The notes: generated by a model not told the origin, from the sequence alone. Positions 29,224-38,655 are shown, counted from the stretch's first letter. The stretch: DNA of 64,000 nt from Candidatus Dojkabacteria bacterium (GCA_012513575.1 JAAZBX010000001.1:10163-74162), one strand, 5' to 3'. Made by a program: numbers and translations.

Positions 29224-29872
29224 TTTCCTTAATTACAGATTTAAATCGAAAGTAGTCTTTGAGCCTTAATCCTTTAAATTGGCCAATAATTAAGTTGGCA
29301 AAGATTAATAACGGGATAAGCCACAAATTATTAATAACATAATTTGAAATGTAATCTCGAGTAATTACAAACCATCCAGCTGTGGCAATTAATACTGTTC
29401 CAAATAGTGCAGTAAATGAAGACTTACTTGATTTTTGTACAAATTGTTTAGTAAAGAAATCAGAAAGTGCGGCTATTGAAATTAACGCTAGAGGTGGGAC
29501 AGTGGACATATTTTCTAAGCCCAGACCCAACTCATCAATTAGTATAATAAAGGAAACTAAAGCGATGCTTAAAAGACAGTAGTTAATTGCAATTCTTGTA
29601 ATATAGTGCATTCTAATCTTCTTAAGTACCAGGTGGGAAAGTAATGATACTGTTATCACCATAAAAGTTATTGCCAATCCGTATTTTAAGCCAGTATAAG
29701 AATAGGCAATTGCAAGTAAAATAGGAGCATAAATCCCATATGATTTAGTCCCAAAAAGATATCTGAATATACTTACAATAGTTGCAACAATTGTAATAGC
29801 TAAAAAAAGCTCTAATGTTTTTTCGGGCACTCCATGTTCTAATATCCACTGAGTAAAAGTAGAGTAGTACAT
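29207..29872 (-). CDS. 7TM protein (7TM_transglut family)
   Basis: RYLFGTKSYGIYAP, RMHYITR, GQFKGLRLKDYFRFK; about 7 TMs; usual partner of ATPgrasp_ST ligases. Confidence 0.85.
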   Translation of the reverse strand: MYYSTFTQWILEHGVPEKTLELFLAITIVATIVSIFRYLFGTKSYGIYAPILLAIAYSYTGLKYGLAITFMVITVSLLSHLVLKKIRMHYITRIAINYCLLSIALVSFIILIDELGLGLENMSTVPPLALISIAALSDFFTKQFVQKSSKSSFTALFGTVLIATAGWFVITRDYISNYVINNLWLIPLLIFANLIIGQFKGLRLKDYFRFKSVIKENDTKK

Positions 29873-29924
29873 TTCAGAAAATTAAAAAATTAGATATAAA
29901 TTGTAAGGCAGATTCAACACATGA

Positions 29925-29933
29925 ATTATACCA
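29925..29933 (-). promoter_or_regulatory. extended -10 promoter of the ATP-grasp operon
   Basis: TGGTATAAT on the minus strand ~50 nt upstream of the 7TM start. Confidence 0.6.
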
Positions 29934-30040
29934 TTTTTGTACTGTTAGTACTAGATTTCCCAGCTTTTTTTAGTGCTACATTTCATTATTGTTAATTTCA
30001 GTTTTACTAAGTAGAAAGGGTAGAATATAATCATTGATAT

Positions 30041-31135
30041 ATGAAAAAAGTATTAATAGTAATTGGGGATGCAGGTGCGGGTCATCTTTCCTGCGCAAAC
30101 GCAACAAGGAATGCAATAAAAAAGCTGGATAGTACAATTTCTGTTGAAATAATTGATATTTTTCAGTTTTCTAAAATGTCTAGATTGTATAATTTTGTTC
30201 AGTATTTAGTTAGTGGTTCAAAATTAATAGAATTTCTTTTCAACACATCATTTACATTAATAAATAAGTCAAAGTTTTGTAGTGAATTAGCCTATTTTTT
30301 TGCTCTAAGTCCAATTGTAAAACCCACTTTGAAATATCTTCGAGAGTACAATCCTGATTTAGTGATCTCAAACAATGCACTAACAACGGAGGTTCTTAGT
30401 AGGTGCAAAAAAGAATTCCAATTCAAATACGTCATAACTGTTCCAGATTTAGTTACTATGGTGAGATGGTGGGCAAGCTCTGAGGCTGATCTGATTTTTT
30501 CTCCAACAGAAAAAGCTACGGAAGAATTACTTTCCTTTAATCCTAATTGTAATATCCTTACCGGGTATTATCCGTTAAGAGATATAAAAGAATTCTCTGA
30601 GGAAGAGATACATGATTTTAGGAAAATTTTTTGTAAGGAACATGACTTTGAATTCGAAAGAGATATTATTCTGATTACTGGATGCGGAGTGTCCACAGCG
30701 GGTTTAGTGAGGCGACTTAAAAGTTTTATTTTAAATACAAATTATCAATTAATTATTTTGACTGGTAAGGATACAAAATTAAAAAGGAGATTGGAGAAGA
30801 GATTCCAAAGGAACAAAAGGGTATATATCTCAGGTTATACAAATGAAATTCTAAAATTATTTGTAATATCAGACCTAATTATTTCAAAAACGGGTCCTGC
30901 TACCGTTTTAGAAATAGAGAAAGTAAACAAAAAAGCAATATTTACCGAACCCCCAGTTATTCAAGAGTTTGGTAACGTTGAGTATATTAAAGATAATCCC
31001 AATTTTAGTTATATAGGGTCTAATTATGAGAAATTACCAGAATTAGTAGAGAGAATGTTAGTAAAAGATACAATTAAATACCAAAGCGAGATTAAAGATG
31101 CTAACTCAATAGCAAACATTATCCTAAAGTTGTAA
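30041..31135 (+). CDS. MGDG synthase/UgtP-like diacylglycerol glycosyltransferase (GT28)
   Basis: GAGHLSCA, PDLVISN, TVPD, SDLIISKTGPAT, QEFGN. Confidence 0.85.
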   Translation: MKKVLIVIGDAGAGHLSCANATRNAIKKLDSTISVEIIDIFQFSKMSRLYNFVQYLVSGSKLIEFLFNTSFTLINKSKFCSELAYFFALSPIVKPTLKYLREYNPDLVISNNALTTEVLSRCKKEFQFKYVITVPDLVTMVRWWASSEADLIFSPTEKATEELLSFNPNCNILTGYYPLRDIKEFSEEEIHDFRKIFCKEHDFEFERDIILITGCGVSTAGLVRRLKSFILNTNYQLIILTGKDTKLKRRLEKRFQRNKRVYISGYTNEILKLFVISDLIISKTGPATVLEIEKVNKKAIFTEPPVIQEFGNVEYIKDNPNFSYIGSNYEKLPELVERMLVKDTIKYQSEIKDANSIANIILKL

Positions 31136-31147
31136 AATCTAAAAATA

Positions 31148-31190
31148 GCAACCGTAAGTTTACAGGAAACAACTGCAAGTTGGTGGTTGC
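31148..31190. promoter_or_regulatory. putative operator repeats for the downstream XRE regulator
   Basis: GCAACC...GGTTGC inverted repeat, with internal GCAA-N8-TTGC, ~50 nt upstream of the HTH gene. Confidence 0.4.
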
Positions 31191-31240
31191 AACTGTTGGA
31201 TTAAAGGTAAGATTGGTCATTAATTTAAACAATTAAATAT

Positions 31241-32674
31241 ATGAGTTTTAGGAAAAACTTGGAATACCTTAGAAAGGGTAAAAAACTTTCACAGGAGGAG
31301 TTGGCTAACAGGCTGAATGTTTCTAGGCAATCAGTATCTAAATGGGAGTCGGGTGGTGCTTATCCTGAGACAGAAAAAATGCTTGTAATGTGTAAAATTT
31401 TTGATTGTTCTCTTGATCAGTTGATGAATGATGATATTGCTGAGATAGAGAAGAGTGAGGCTAGAAAATATACCTTTAACGATTTACTAAATGAATTTAC
31501 AAAAATTATTAGAGGTACTATTGATATGTTAGGCTCAATGAATACGAAGTCAGTCATTAAATTCCTTTTTGAAATAGGTTTGTTATTTTTAATTATTTTG
31601 TTATTAAATATTCCATTCTCATATATTAGCAGTATTGGCTCTTCTTTCTTCTATAGCTTTGGTACAACAGCTGGTGGAATCCTTTCAGGATTCTGGGAGT
31701 TTTTGACAAAAATAGTATATCTTGTAGTTGCGGTTTTAACCTTTGCTTATATCTATAAGATAAGATTTATTGATAAATTTCATAGTATACAAGAGGAAGT
31801 AGAGAAGGAAAAAGAGCATTCTGTTGAAAAACAAGTAATTAGAGAGAAAGAAGTAGTTAAGAATATTGAAGTAAAAAAATATGACTTTGGACTTTTCTCT
31901 CTAATTGGGAGATTTGCCATGGCCTTTGTAAAATGTTTTGTTTTCTTCATTTCAATGCCTATTGTTTTTCTCCTATTTTGTTCTTCAGCCGGGGTTTTAA
32001 TAGGTATTGTCTGGATGTTTAGTGGAATCTTTTATTTAGGTATTATCGTTTTCCTTCTTTCTTTTATACTTTTTGCTGTGTCATTACTGAAAGCTTTTTA
32101 CAATTTTATTGTAGATAACAGGACAAATTGGAAGAAACTCTTTGTTGTGTTTATGATTTCAATCATAGGTTTGGGAGTTGGAGCTGGAATTTCTTTCTTG
32201 GATTTCTCAAAATTAACGATAAACTCAAAAGCTCCTAGCAGAGTAGTTGCTAATAAAGAAATTGGGGAGTATCCCATGAGTGAAAACTTGGTACTTTTTA
32301 ATTACGGTCTGGGTGGCACTCAATCTGCATATTATGAAGTTGATGATTCATTAGTAGGCACTGTAAGGATAGAAGTGGAATATTACAGAATGTTTTCAAA
32401 ACCAATAATTACAATTTCAGAATCTGAGGAGGGAAGGGTGATTAATGTATTCAATGAAGGAGAATCAAGTGTAAATTTAAGTAAAATATATAAAATATTT
32501 TTAGATGATTTAAAACACTATACTCTCTCAAACTATTCTGAATTAGGAGGTTTTCAGGTAAATGTGTATTCAAGTAAAGAAAATATTGAAAAAATGCAAA
32601 ATAATTTCTTTTTAGCAATTAATGAAACAGAAGTACAACCAGAGGTAATCGAAGATTTTCCTGAGAATCTATAA
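31241..32674 (+). CDS. XRE-family HTH regulator fused to multi-TM and extracytoplasmic domains
   Basis: LSQEELANRLNVSRQSVSKWESG..YPE, then ~5 TMs. Confidence 0.88.
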   Translation: MSFRKNLEYLRKGKKLSQEELANRLNVSRQSVSKWESGGAYPETEKMLVMCKIFDCSLDQLMNDDIAEIEKSEARKYTFNDLLNEFTKIIRGTIDMLGSMNTKSVIKFLFEIGLLFLIILLLNIPFSYISSIGSSFFYSFGTTAGGILSGFWEFLTKIVYLVVAVLTFAYIYKIRFIDKFHSIQEEVEKEKEHSVEKQVIREKEVVKNIEVKKYDFGLFSLIGRFAMAFVKCFVFFISMPIVFLLFCSSAGVLIGIVWMFSGIFYLGIIVFLLSFILFAVSLLKAFYNFIVDNRTNWKKLFVVFMISIIGLGVGAGISFLDFSKLTINSKAPSRVVANKEIGEYPMSENLVLFNYGLGGTQSAYYEVDDSLVGTVRIEVEYYRMFSKPIITISESEEGRVINVFNEGESSVNLSKIYKIFLDDLKHYTLSNYSELGGFQVNVYSSKENIEKMQNNFFLAINETEVQPEVIEDFPENL

Positions 32675-32687
32675 ATAACAAATTAAT

Positions 32688-32716
32688 AAAAAAGACCACC
32701 TTTCGGTGGTCTTTTC
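32688..32716. terminator. bidirectional intrinsic terminator
   Basis: AAAAGACCACC-TTTC-GGTGGTCTTTT between convergent genes. Confidence 0.88.
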
Positions 32717-32735
32717 ATTATCTTTTCAAAAAAGA

Positions 32736-33137
32736 CTATGCTAATTCTACTGTAGCACCAATTTCTTCAAATTTTGCCTTGATAGCTTCTGCATCTTCTT
32801 TCTTAACCCCTTCTTTAACTGTTTGAGGAGCTTTGTCTACAAGATCCTTAGCTTCTTTTAATCCAAGCTCAGTAATCTCTCTGACAACTTTGATAGCACC
32901 AATCTTGTTAGCACCACCATCCTTAAGAACGATGTTGAACATTGTCTTCTCTTCCTCTGCTGGAGCTGCTTCTGCTGGAGCTGCTGCAACTGCTACTGGG
33001 GCTGCTGCTGATACTCCGAACTTATCCTCCATGACCTTTACTAGGTCTGCGAGTTCCAATACTGACATTTTCTCGACAATTTCGAGGACTTTTTTACCAT
33101 TTTCTGATAATTCTGGTAATGTTTTCTCTTCTGCCAT
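32736..33137 (-). CDS. rplL: 50S ribosomal protein L7/L12
   Basis: [26 protein letters not shown]. Confidence 0.98.
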   Translation of the reverse strand: MAEEKTLPELSENGKKVLEIVEKMSVLELADLVKVMEDKFGVSAAAPVAVAAAPAEAAPAEEEKTMFNIVLKDGGANKIGAIKVVREITELGLKEAKDLVDKAPQTVKEGVKKEDAEAIKAKFEEIGATVELA

Positions 33138-33173
33138 TTTTGTAAAATATTTAAATTAAATAAGATTGTCTAA

Positions 33174-33695
33174 TTAAGCTTTCTTCTCAGAAATGCCTTT
33201 AAGAACCATAGTTAAACCTCTAACATTTCCAGTGATAGCATTCATAAATCCTGATAGAGGTGCGGACATACTGCCAAGTAATTTAGAAAGAAGGACTTCT
33301 TTTGAAGGAATGTCTGCTAATTGCATTACTCTTTCAGCTGAAAGGAATTCTCCTTCGAAGACACCACCCTTTGCATCAAGTAATTTACTTGTTTTCTGTG
33401 TCTCTTTGACTAATTTCGCAGGTCCAGTTGGGTCTTGTTCAAAGTAAATAATTGCTGTTGGGCCATCGATCTCCTGTGTCTGCAATGGTTGTTCTGTATC
33501 TTGGAGAGCGACTTTAAAAATACTGTTTTTTACAACAGCAAAATTTGCATCAACATCTTTTAACTGTACTTTCAATTTTGTAACAGTAGCAGTGTCGATT
33601 TTGTCAGAGTTTACTAAAAGATATCCGGTTTTATTTTTCAATATATCCTTATATTTCTCTAGTAACTCTGTTTTTTGAGAGTGAGTCTTAGGCAT
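33174..33695 (-). CDS. rplJ: 50S ribosomal protein L10
   Basis: VVKNS, GPTAI, LADIPSKEVLLSKLLG; precedes rplL. Confidence 0.95.
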   Translation of the reverse strand: MPKTHSQKTELLEKYKDILKNKTGYLLVNSDKIDTATVTKLKVQLKDVDANFAVVKNSIFKVALQDTEQPLQTQEIDGPTAIIYFEQDPTGPAKLVKETQKTSKLLDAKGGVFEGEFLSAERVMQLADIPSKEVLLSKLLGSMSAPLSGFMNAITGNVRGLTMVLKGISEKKA

Positions 33696-33727
33696 ATTCT
33701 TTCACTTATTAATTAATTTGAATGTAT

Positions 33728-33774
33728 ATTTATCTCGCAAGGATTTATTTTTATACCTTGTTTCTTAGATAAAT
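33728..33774 (-). promoter_or_regulatory. L10 leader (rplJL autoregulatory RNA)
   Basis: ATTTATCTAAGAAACAAGG...TAAATCCTTGCGAGATAAAT resembles the L10-leader consensus and lies in the rplJ 5' UTR. Confidence 0.75.
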
Positions 33775-33785
33775 GAACTAGGTGG

Positions 33786-33814
33786 ATTATATATGAAGAA
33801 GAAAAGGAGGTCAA
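33786..33814 (-). promoter_or_regulatory. sigma70 promoter of rplJL
   Basis: TTGACC-17 nt-TATAAT. Confidence 0.8.
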
Positions 33815-33831
33815 GGGTTTGTTTGTATTCA

Positions 33832-34815
33832 TTATTCAATACTGACCTTTTCTCCCCGATACCATTTAAGCGTGTCTTCAATAGTGATAATTATGTCTCT
33901 CGCCTGGTATCCTAAATCCTTTTCAGCCTTTCTACTGTCTATTTGGTAATTGGAATTCAATACATCTACAGAATATTTTGTAAGAAGAGGTTTCTTGTTA
34001 AATATTTTGTAGAAAACTTCCGCAAGTGGAACTACAAGCTTCACTATATTTCGTGGGATTTTTACTCTAGGACCCACAGCATCCGTCAGGCTCGAAAGTG
34101 TAGTAAAAAGCTGCTTGATAGAAATATCATTACCCCCTAGTAAGTAGTCTTCACCTTTTTTGCCATTAAATAGGGCAGATATAATACCTTTGGAAACATC
34201 TCTGACATCTACAAAATTATATCCTCCATCAACATAGAAATATTTTGAGTAGTTAGATGCTTCTCTAATCAGAGTACCCATTTCTGAGTTTTTAAAATCG
34301 TAAGGACCGATTACTCCGGAAGGGTAGACAACTATTGCATCTAGACCTTTTTTTACAGCTTCAAATACAATCTTAGTAGCTTGAACTTTTGTTTTTGCAT
34401 AATCACCAAGGACATTCTCAACCTTGGCGAGTTTTTCAATAATGGGGATCCCTTTTTTGGGCTCATGCAACGCATGGATTGAGCTGGTGTAAAGTAATCT
34501 TTTAACGCCACTTTCTAAGCACGCTTCTGTGACCATTCTTGTTCCCTCAACATTTACGTCTTGAAGAAGTTTTCTTTTCTTTGAGACAATTGATATTACT
34601 CCAGCAAGATGACAGACAAAATCGGCCTGTTTAAAAGTTGAAAGTAGAAATTTTTTATCTCGGATATCTCCTTGGAAAAATTTTATAGGGAGATTAGAAA
34701 TTGCTGGATCCGATGATGGGTCTCGGTCAATTACACCAACCTCAAGTCCCATATCCAGTAAATGTCTTACTAAAACATTTCCAATATGTCCACTTCCTCC
34801 AGTTACTACAATCAT
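33832..34815 (-). CDS. extended SDR NAD-dependent epimerase/dehydratase (DFR/HpnA-like)
   Basis: TGGSGHIG, HLAG, TSSIHA, YAKTK, VDVRDV. Confidence 0.92.
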   Translation of the reverse strand: MIVVTGGSGHIGNVLVRHLLDMGLEVGVIDRDPSSDPAISNLPIKFFQGDIRDKKFLLSTFKQADFVCHLAGVISIVSKKRKLLQDVNVEGTRMVTEACLESGVKRLLYTSSIHALHEPKKGIPIIEKLAKVENVLGDYAKTKVQATKIVFEAVKKGLDAIVVYPSGVIGPYDFKNSEMGTLIREASNYSKYFYVDGGYNFVDVRDVSKGIISALFNGKKGEDYLLGGNDISIKQLFTTLSSLTDAVGPRVKIPRNIVKLVVPLAEVFYKIFNKKPLLTKYSVDVLNSNYQIDSRKAEKDLGYQARDIIITIEDTLKWYRGEKVSIE

Positions 34816-34860
34816 ATAAAAATGATTATATCTTTTAGAAAGAAGTAGTCAAATTAGGTC

Positions 34861-35547
34861 TTACTCTCTGCTATATGAGATTTTTACACTTGGACCCATT
34901 GTTGGTGCTAGGTGCATCCTTTGAATTGACAATTCAGGTGTTTTACCCAGTACATCCGCAATTGCTAACACTGCGAAGTGAATATTTTCAATTATTTTCT
35001 CATCTTCTAAATCAATTTTCCCAACGCTCATATGTATAACTCCTGATAAATCACATGCAAATGTTTGTTTCCCCTTTTTGTATTCAGCCACAGCAGATGC
35101 AATATCATCTGTTACTGTACCATTCTTTGGATTTGGCATTAGGCCTTTAGGCCCTAATTCTTTCCCTAGAACAGCGATTTTAGGCATAACTGATGGGGTA
35201 GCAATAGCTACATCGAATTCAATTTTGCCATCTTTTACAATCTTCATAATGTTCTCAAGTCCGACAAAATCAGCACCTGCTTTTTTTGCTTCTTCTTCCA
35301 TCTCAACAGGGCAAAAAACTGCAACTTTTACACTCTTCTTGCTTGAGGAATGGGGTAGGGATACTGCACCTTTAAGTGATTTGGAGTCCTTATTCTTAGG
35401 GAGCTTTAAATCAACATGAAGCTCAACACTTCCAACAAATTTTGAATATGACAACTCCTTAACTTTCTTAACACCCTCTTTAAGATTGTAAGAGATACTT
35501 TTATCTAAGTTTTTTGTAATTTTTGTATATTTTTTTCCTCTTTTCAT
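34861..35547 (-). CDS. rplA: 50S ribosomal protein L1
   Basis: LGPKGLMPNPKNGTV, PTMGPS. Confidence 0.97.
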   Translation of the reverse strand: MKRGKKYTKITKNLDKSISYNLKEGVKKVKELSYSKFVGSVELHVDLKLPKNKDSKSLKGAVSLPHSSSKKSVKVAVFCPVEMEEEAKKAGADFVGLENIMKIVKDGKIEFDVAIATPSVMPKIAVLGKELGPKGLMPNPKNGTVTDDIASAVAEYKKGKQTFACDLSGVIHMSVGKIDLEDEKIIENIHFAVLAIADVLGKTPELSIQRMHLAPTMGPSVKISYSRE

Positions 35548-35560
35548 AGTTTATAAATAG

Positions 35561-35989
35561 TTATTTAATTTCTGTTTCAATTCCCATTTGTTTTGCTGTT
35601 CCAGCGATAATTTTTGCAGCTTGCTCAGGGTCTGAAGTGTTAAGGTCTGGCATTTTTATTTCCACAATTTTAGCTATCTGTTCCTTTGTTAGTTTGCCGA
35701 CTTTCTCTAAGTTAGGTTTAGCAGAACCTTTTTTTATCTTTAGCTCTCTTCTAATAAGTTCAGAAGTGGGAGGAGTCTTGGTAATAAAGGTAAATGATCT
35801 GTCTTCGTAGATTGTTAATACTACTGGTGTTAATATCCCATTGTTTTCTCTTGTCTGTTCGTTAAATTGAGTGCAGAATTCTCCTGCATTGATACCATAA
35901 GGGGCTAGGGTAGGTCCTATGGGAGGGGCCATTGTAGCCATTCCTGCTGGAATAGTAATTTTAATAACTTTTTTGATCTCTTTTGCCAT
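35561..35989 (-). CDS. rplK: 50S ribosomal protein L11
   Basis: APPIGPTL, FCTQFN, KTPP, KMPDLN. Confidence 0.97.
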   Translation of the reverse strand: MAKEIKKVIKITIPAGMATMAPPIGPTLAPYGINAGEFCTQFNEQTRENNGILTPVVLTIYEDRSFTFITKTPPTSELIRRELKIKKGSAKPNLEKVGKLTKEQIAKIVEIKMPDLNTSDPEQAAKIIAGTAKQMGIETEIK

Positions 35990-36006
35990 ATATTTTTTAT
36001 TATTAA

Positions 36007-36624
36007 CTAAAGCTTTGTCACTTGAGAGAGCTCCAACTCTACAGGGGCTTCTCTGCCTAAGAATGAGATGAGGACTTTTATCTTACCCTTAGTTGTGTCA
36101 ATTTCCTGAACACTACCAATGAAATCAGCGAAAGCTCCTTCTGTAATCTTAACAGCTTCGCCAACACTAAATGATGTCTGAAAGGAAGGTTGTTCAACCT
36201 CCATGAACTTAGTAATTGCTTGAACCTCTGACTCTGCAAGAGGCTTAGGATATCTATCAGTTTTTACAAATCCTCTCACACCCTCTGTATTTTGAACCAA
36301 GTCCCAAGTTTTATTATTTAATTCCATTTTGATAAGAATATATCCAGGAAATATTTTCTCCTCTCTTACCTCCTGTTTCCCCTTCTTTACAAAAATTTTT
36401 TTCTGTACTGGAACTAAAATATCTACAATCTCATCTTCCATTCCTGTGGCTTCAGCCCTCTGCCTTAATTCTTTTTGAATGCTGTTTTCATACCCATTTC
36501 TAATATTCAATACATACCACTTTGCATTAATGTTCTCTTTCTTTGTTGATTGAATAGCCTTCTCTTTTGTAATTTTCTTCTTACTTACGACTTTTTTTGT
36601 AGTTTTTTTCTTTTTTTCTTCCAT
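36007..36624 (-). CDS. nusG: transcription factor NusG (Lys-rich N-terminal extension)
   Basis: WYVL, FPGYILI, KOW domain GAFADFIG, FLGREAPVEL. Confidence 0.97.
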   Translation of the reverse strand: MEEKKKKTTKKVVSKKKITKEKAIQSTKKENINAKWYVLNIRNGYENSIQKELRQRAEATGMEDEIVDILVPVQKKIFVKKGKQEVREEKIFPGYILIKMELNNKTWDLVQNTEGVRGFVKTDRYPKPLAESEVQAITKFMEVEQPSFQTSFSVGEAVKITEGAFADFIGSVQEIDTTKGKIKVLISFLGREAPVELELSQVTKL

Positions 36625-36634
36625 TTCTTTCTAA

Positions 36635-36808
36635 TTAAATATTAAGGAACCAATCTCTAACTTCTGCAAACCCCAAATCGAGGGAGAGCATTACTATTGT
36701 TAGAATACCTGCAATGGCTAAGACATAAAGGGTCATATTCAGTATGTCCTTTCTGTTTGGCCAGGTAGTATTTTTTAGTTCATTTACTATATTTTTAAAA
36801 AATTTCAT
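36635..36808 (-). CDS. secE: preprotein translocase SecE (57 aa, below ORF-track cutoff)
   Basis: Manual translation MKFFKNIVNELKNTTWPNRKD...+TM; lies between tRNA-Trp and nusG. Confidence 0.93.
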   Translation of the reverse strand: MKFFKNIVNELKNTTWPNRKDILNMTLYVLAIAGILTIVMLSLDLGFAEVRDWFLNI

Positions 36809-36831
36809 TTGTTAAATTTTTAATTAACTTT

Positions 36832-36907
36832 TGGCAGGCCCACACCGACTCGAACGGTGAACTACGGTTTTGGAGACCGCCATTTTACCGATTGAAACTA
36901 TGGGCCC
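36832..36907 (-). tRNA. tRNA-Trp(CCA)
   Basis: Cloverleaf; loop CTCCAAA; ends CCA. Confidence 0.95.
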
Positions 36908-36929
36908 TAAACGGTAAAGAGCAATTCAG

Positions 36930-37094
36930 TTATTTAACTTTTGTCTCCTTATGTGTAGTATGCTCATTGCAAACTCCACAAAACTTCTTTAACTCTATCT
37001 TTTCTTTAACATTCTTTGTTTTAAATAGAGTATAGTTTTTACTTCCGCACTTTGTACATTTTAGAGCGATGATGTCTCTTTTTATTTTTGCCAT
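36930..37094 (-). CDS. rpmG: 50S ribosomal protein L33 (Zn-binding form, 54 aa)
   Basis: Manual translation MAKIKRDIIALKCTKCGSKNY...KKFCGVCNEHTTHKETK. Confidence 0.95.
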   Translation of the reverse strand: MAKIKRDIIALKCTKCGSKNYTLFKTKNVKEKIELKKFCGVCNEHTTHKETKVK

Positions 37095-37143
37095 TCCCTG
37101 AACAAAGACTAATTTAGAATAATAATATGGGAAATACTAGGGT

Positions 37144-37172
37144 ATTATATTGGAAAACGGTCAAGAGGTCAA
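37144..37172 (-). promoter_or_regulatory. sigma70 promoter of rpmG-secE-nusG
   Basis: TTGACC-17 nt-TATAAT. Confidence 0.75.
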
Positions 37173-37191
37173 ATATTATTGACTATTATTT

Positions 37192-37749
37192 CTATAGACC
37201 TAAATCTTTTTTCTGATTATTTAGTTCTTCTGTTTCTTTGGGTCCATGATATATGAATTCGTCTCTGTCTAAATAGTAATTTTCAGGATAATTTAGAACA
37301 AGGTCTATCTTTTTGTAAGCATCCAAAAGCCAGGTATAAATTGAGTATGGGTTTGAAGAGGGAATATTTGTTTGTATTTCTTGAATGGAATTATCTCTGT
37401 TAAGAAGGATTGCTACAAACTCCTGTTTGTTTATCTTTCGATTGAATATTGAAATTTTATTGTATTGTTCAAATTCTGGACTTCCAGGGAAATATTGAAG
37501 TTGTTGTTCTCCAAATAGGGCATAGGTGATATTAATACCAATTGGTTGATTGAAGTTGTTGATTATCGATACAGTGCCGCCATATTGGTCGAATTCTTCA
37601 AGATTCCCAAATATTGAGCTCATTATTGTTGAAAGGTGGGAAACAGATTCTTCAATTAAATCTTTCTCTTCTGTTGGGATATCAATTGAATTTTCTATGT
37701 TATACCATTCTGAAGGCATAGAATGTAAAAGTTTAAAGTTATGGGGCAA
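37192..37749 (-). CDS. hypothetical protein (start uncertain)
   Basis: 185-codon ORF directly 3' of tRNA-Thr; no family recognised. Confidence 0.65.
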   Translation of the reverse strand: MPHNFKLLHSMPSEWYNIENSIDIPTEEKDLIEESVSHLSTIMSSIFGNLEEFDQYGGTVSIINNFNQPIGINITYALFGEQQLQYFPGSPEFEQYNKISIFNRKINKQEFVAILLNRDNSIQEIQTNIPSSNPYSIYTWLLDAYKKIDLVLNYPENYYLDRDEFIYHGPKETEELNNQKKDLGL

Positions 37750-37750
37750 G

Positions 37751-37827
37751 TGGAGCTGGATCCGAGAGTCGAACTCGGGACCTCATTCTTACCAAGAATG
37801 TGCTCTAACCGTCTGAGCTAATCCAGC
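37751..37827 (-). tRNA. tRNA-Thr(GGT)
   Basis: CATTC-TTGGTAA-GAATG; ends CCA. Confidence 0.95.
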
Positions 37828-38538
37828 CTATTTGTTAATTATTACCTCTTTGCTTCTTAGAGTCTTAATTAAAAATGTTATCCAAACTGGTATAGTAACA
37901 ATAGAAATAGCAACGGGGATACTTGGAGGATTGATTTGTACTATACTGTCAGGTCTAAAGTATATGTAATTTACTAAGAGATATGTAGCCATTGGAATAC
38001 TAATTATTCCAACAACACTGTATCCAATTAAAGATAGGAAATTGTATATTTTTTTAAGCCATACAAATTTTTCTTTTTTCTCCACAAGATGTAAGCCAAT
38101 TTTATGTAATGCGAAAATGATTATCATAGAGACAAAGAAAGAAAGCCCGTTTACAATCTCAGCTTTCTGTTTTTCATTATTAAAGCATACTTTCTGGCCT
38201 TCTATCTCCATGGGATAACCTTCAAAACATAAAGGCTCTGTTGTCTGACCTTCAATTTCAATTGGAGAGTTTACCTCCTGCAAATTGTATGAGAAAGGTA
38301 CTCCGAACTTATATGACATTAATGCATTAATGAAAATTACTAAACCAATCATTGAGATGGCTAATGAGACTAGTGATACTACATAGAAATAAATATGGAG
38401 TAGGGTATTCATGTTAAAGGATGTCTTCTTTTCTTTGTCTTTTGTAAAGTAGACAATCAGGTATATTATTCCTCCAACAAAGAGTAATCCTCCGAGTGCG
38501 GAGAGAACAAAAAACAACACACCAGTGATTTCTCCCAT
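37828..38538 (-). CDS. hypothetical multi-pass membrane protein (possibly DUF5671-like)
   Basis: Five hydrophobic segments; YFYVVSLVSL and IYNFLSLI motifs. Confidence 0.75.
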   Translation of the reverse strand: MGEITGVLFFVLSALGGLLFVGGIIYLIVYFTKDKEKKTSFNMNTLLHIYFYVVSLVSLAISMIGLVIFINALMSYKFGVPFSYNLQEVNSPIEIEGQTTEPLCFEGYPMEIEGQKVCFNNEKQKAEIVNGLSFFVSMIIIFALHKIGLHLVEKKEKFVWLKKIYNFLSLIGYSVVGIISIPMATYLLVNYIYFRPDSIVQINPPSIPVAISIVTIPVWITFLIKTLRSKEVIINK

Positions 38539-38569
38539 ATTATAATTGTTTTAAGATAAAGATTTAATT

Positions 38570-38652
38570 TGCAGAGAATTGGATTTGAACCAATGTACCC
38601 CGAAGGGAGCGGATTTACAGTCCGCCGCGTTTGACCACTCCGCCATCTCTGC
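38570..38652 (-). tRNA. tRNA-Tyr(GTA)
   Basis: GCGGA-CTGTAAA-TCCGC; long variable arm. Confidence 0.95.
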
Positions 38653-38655
38653 ACA

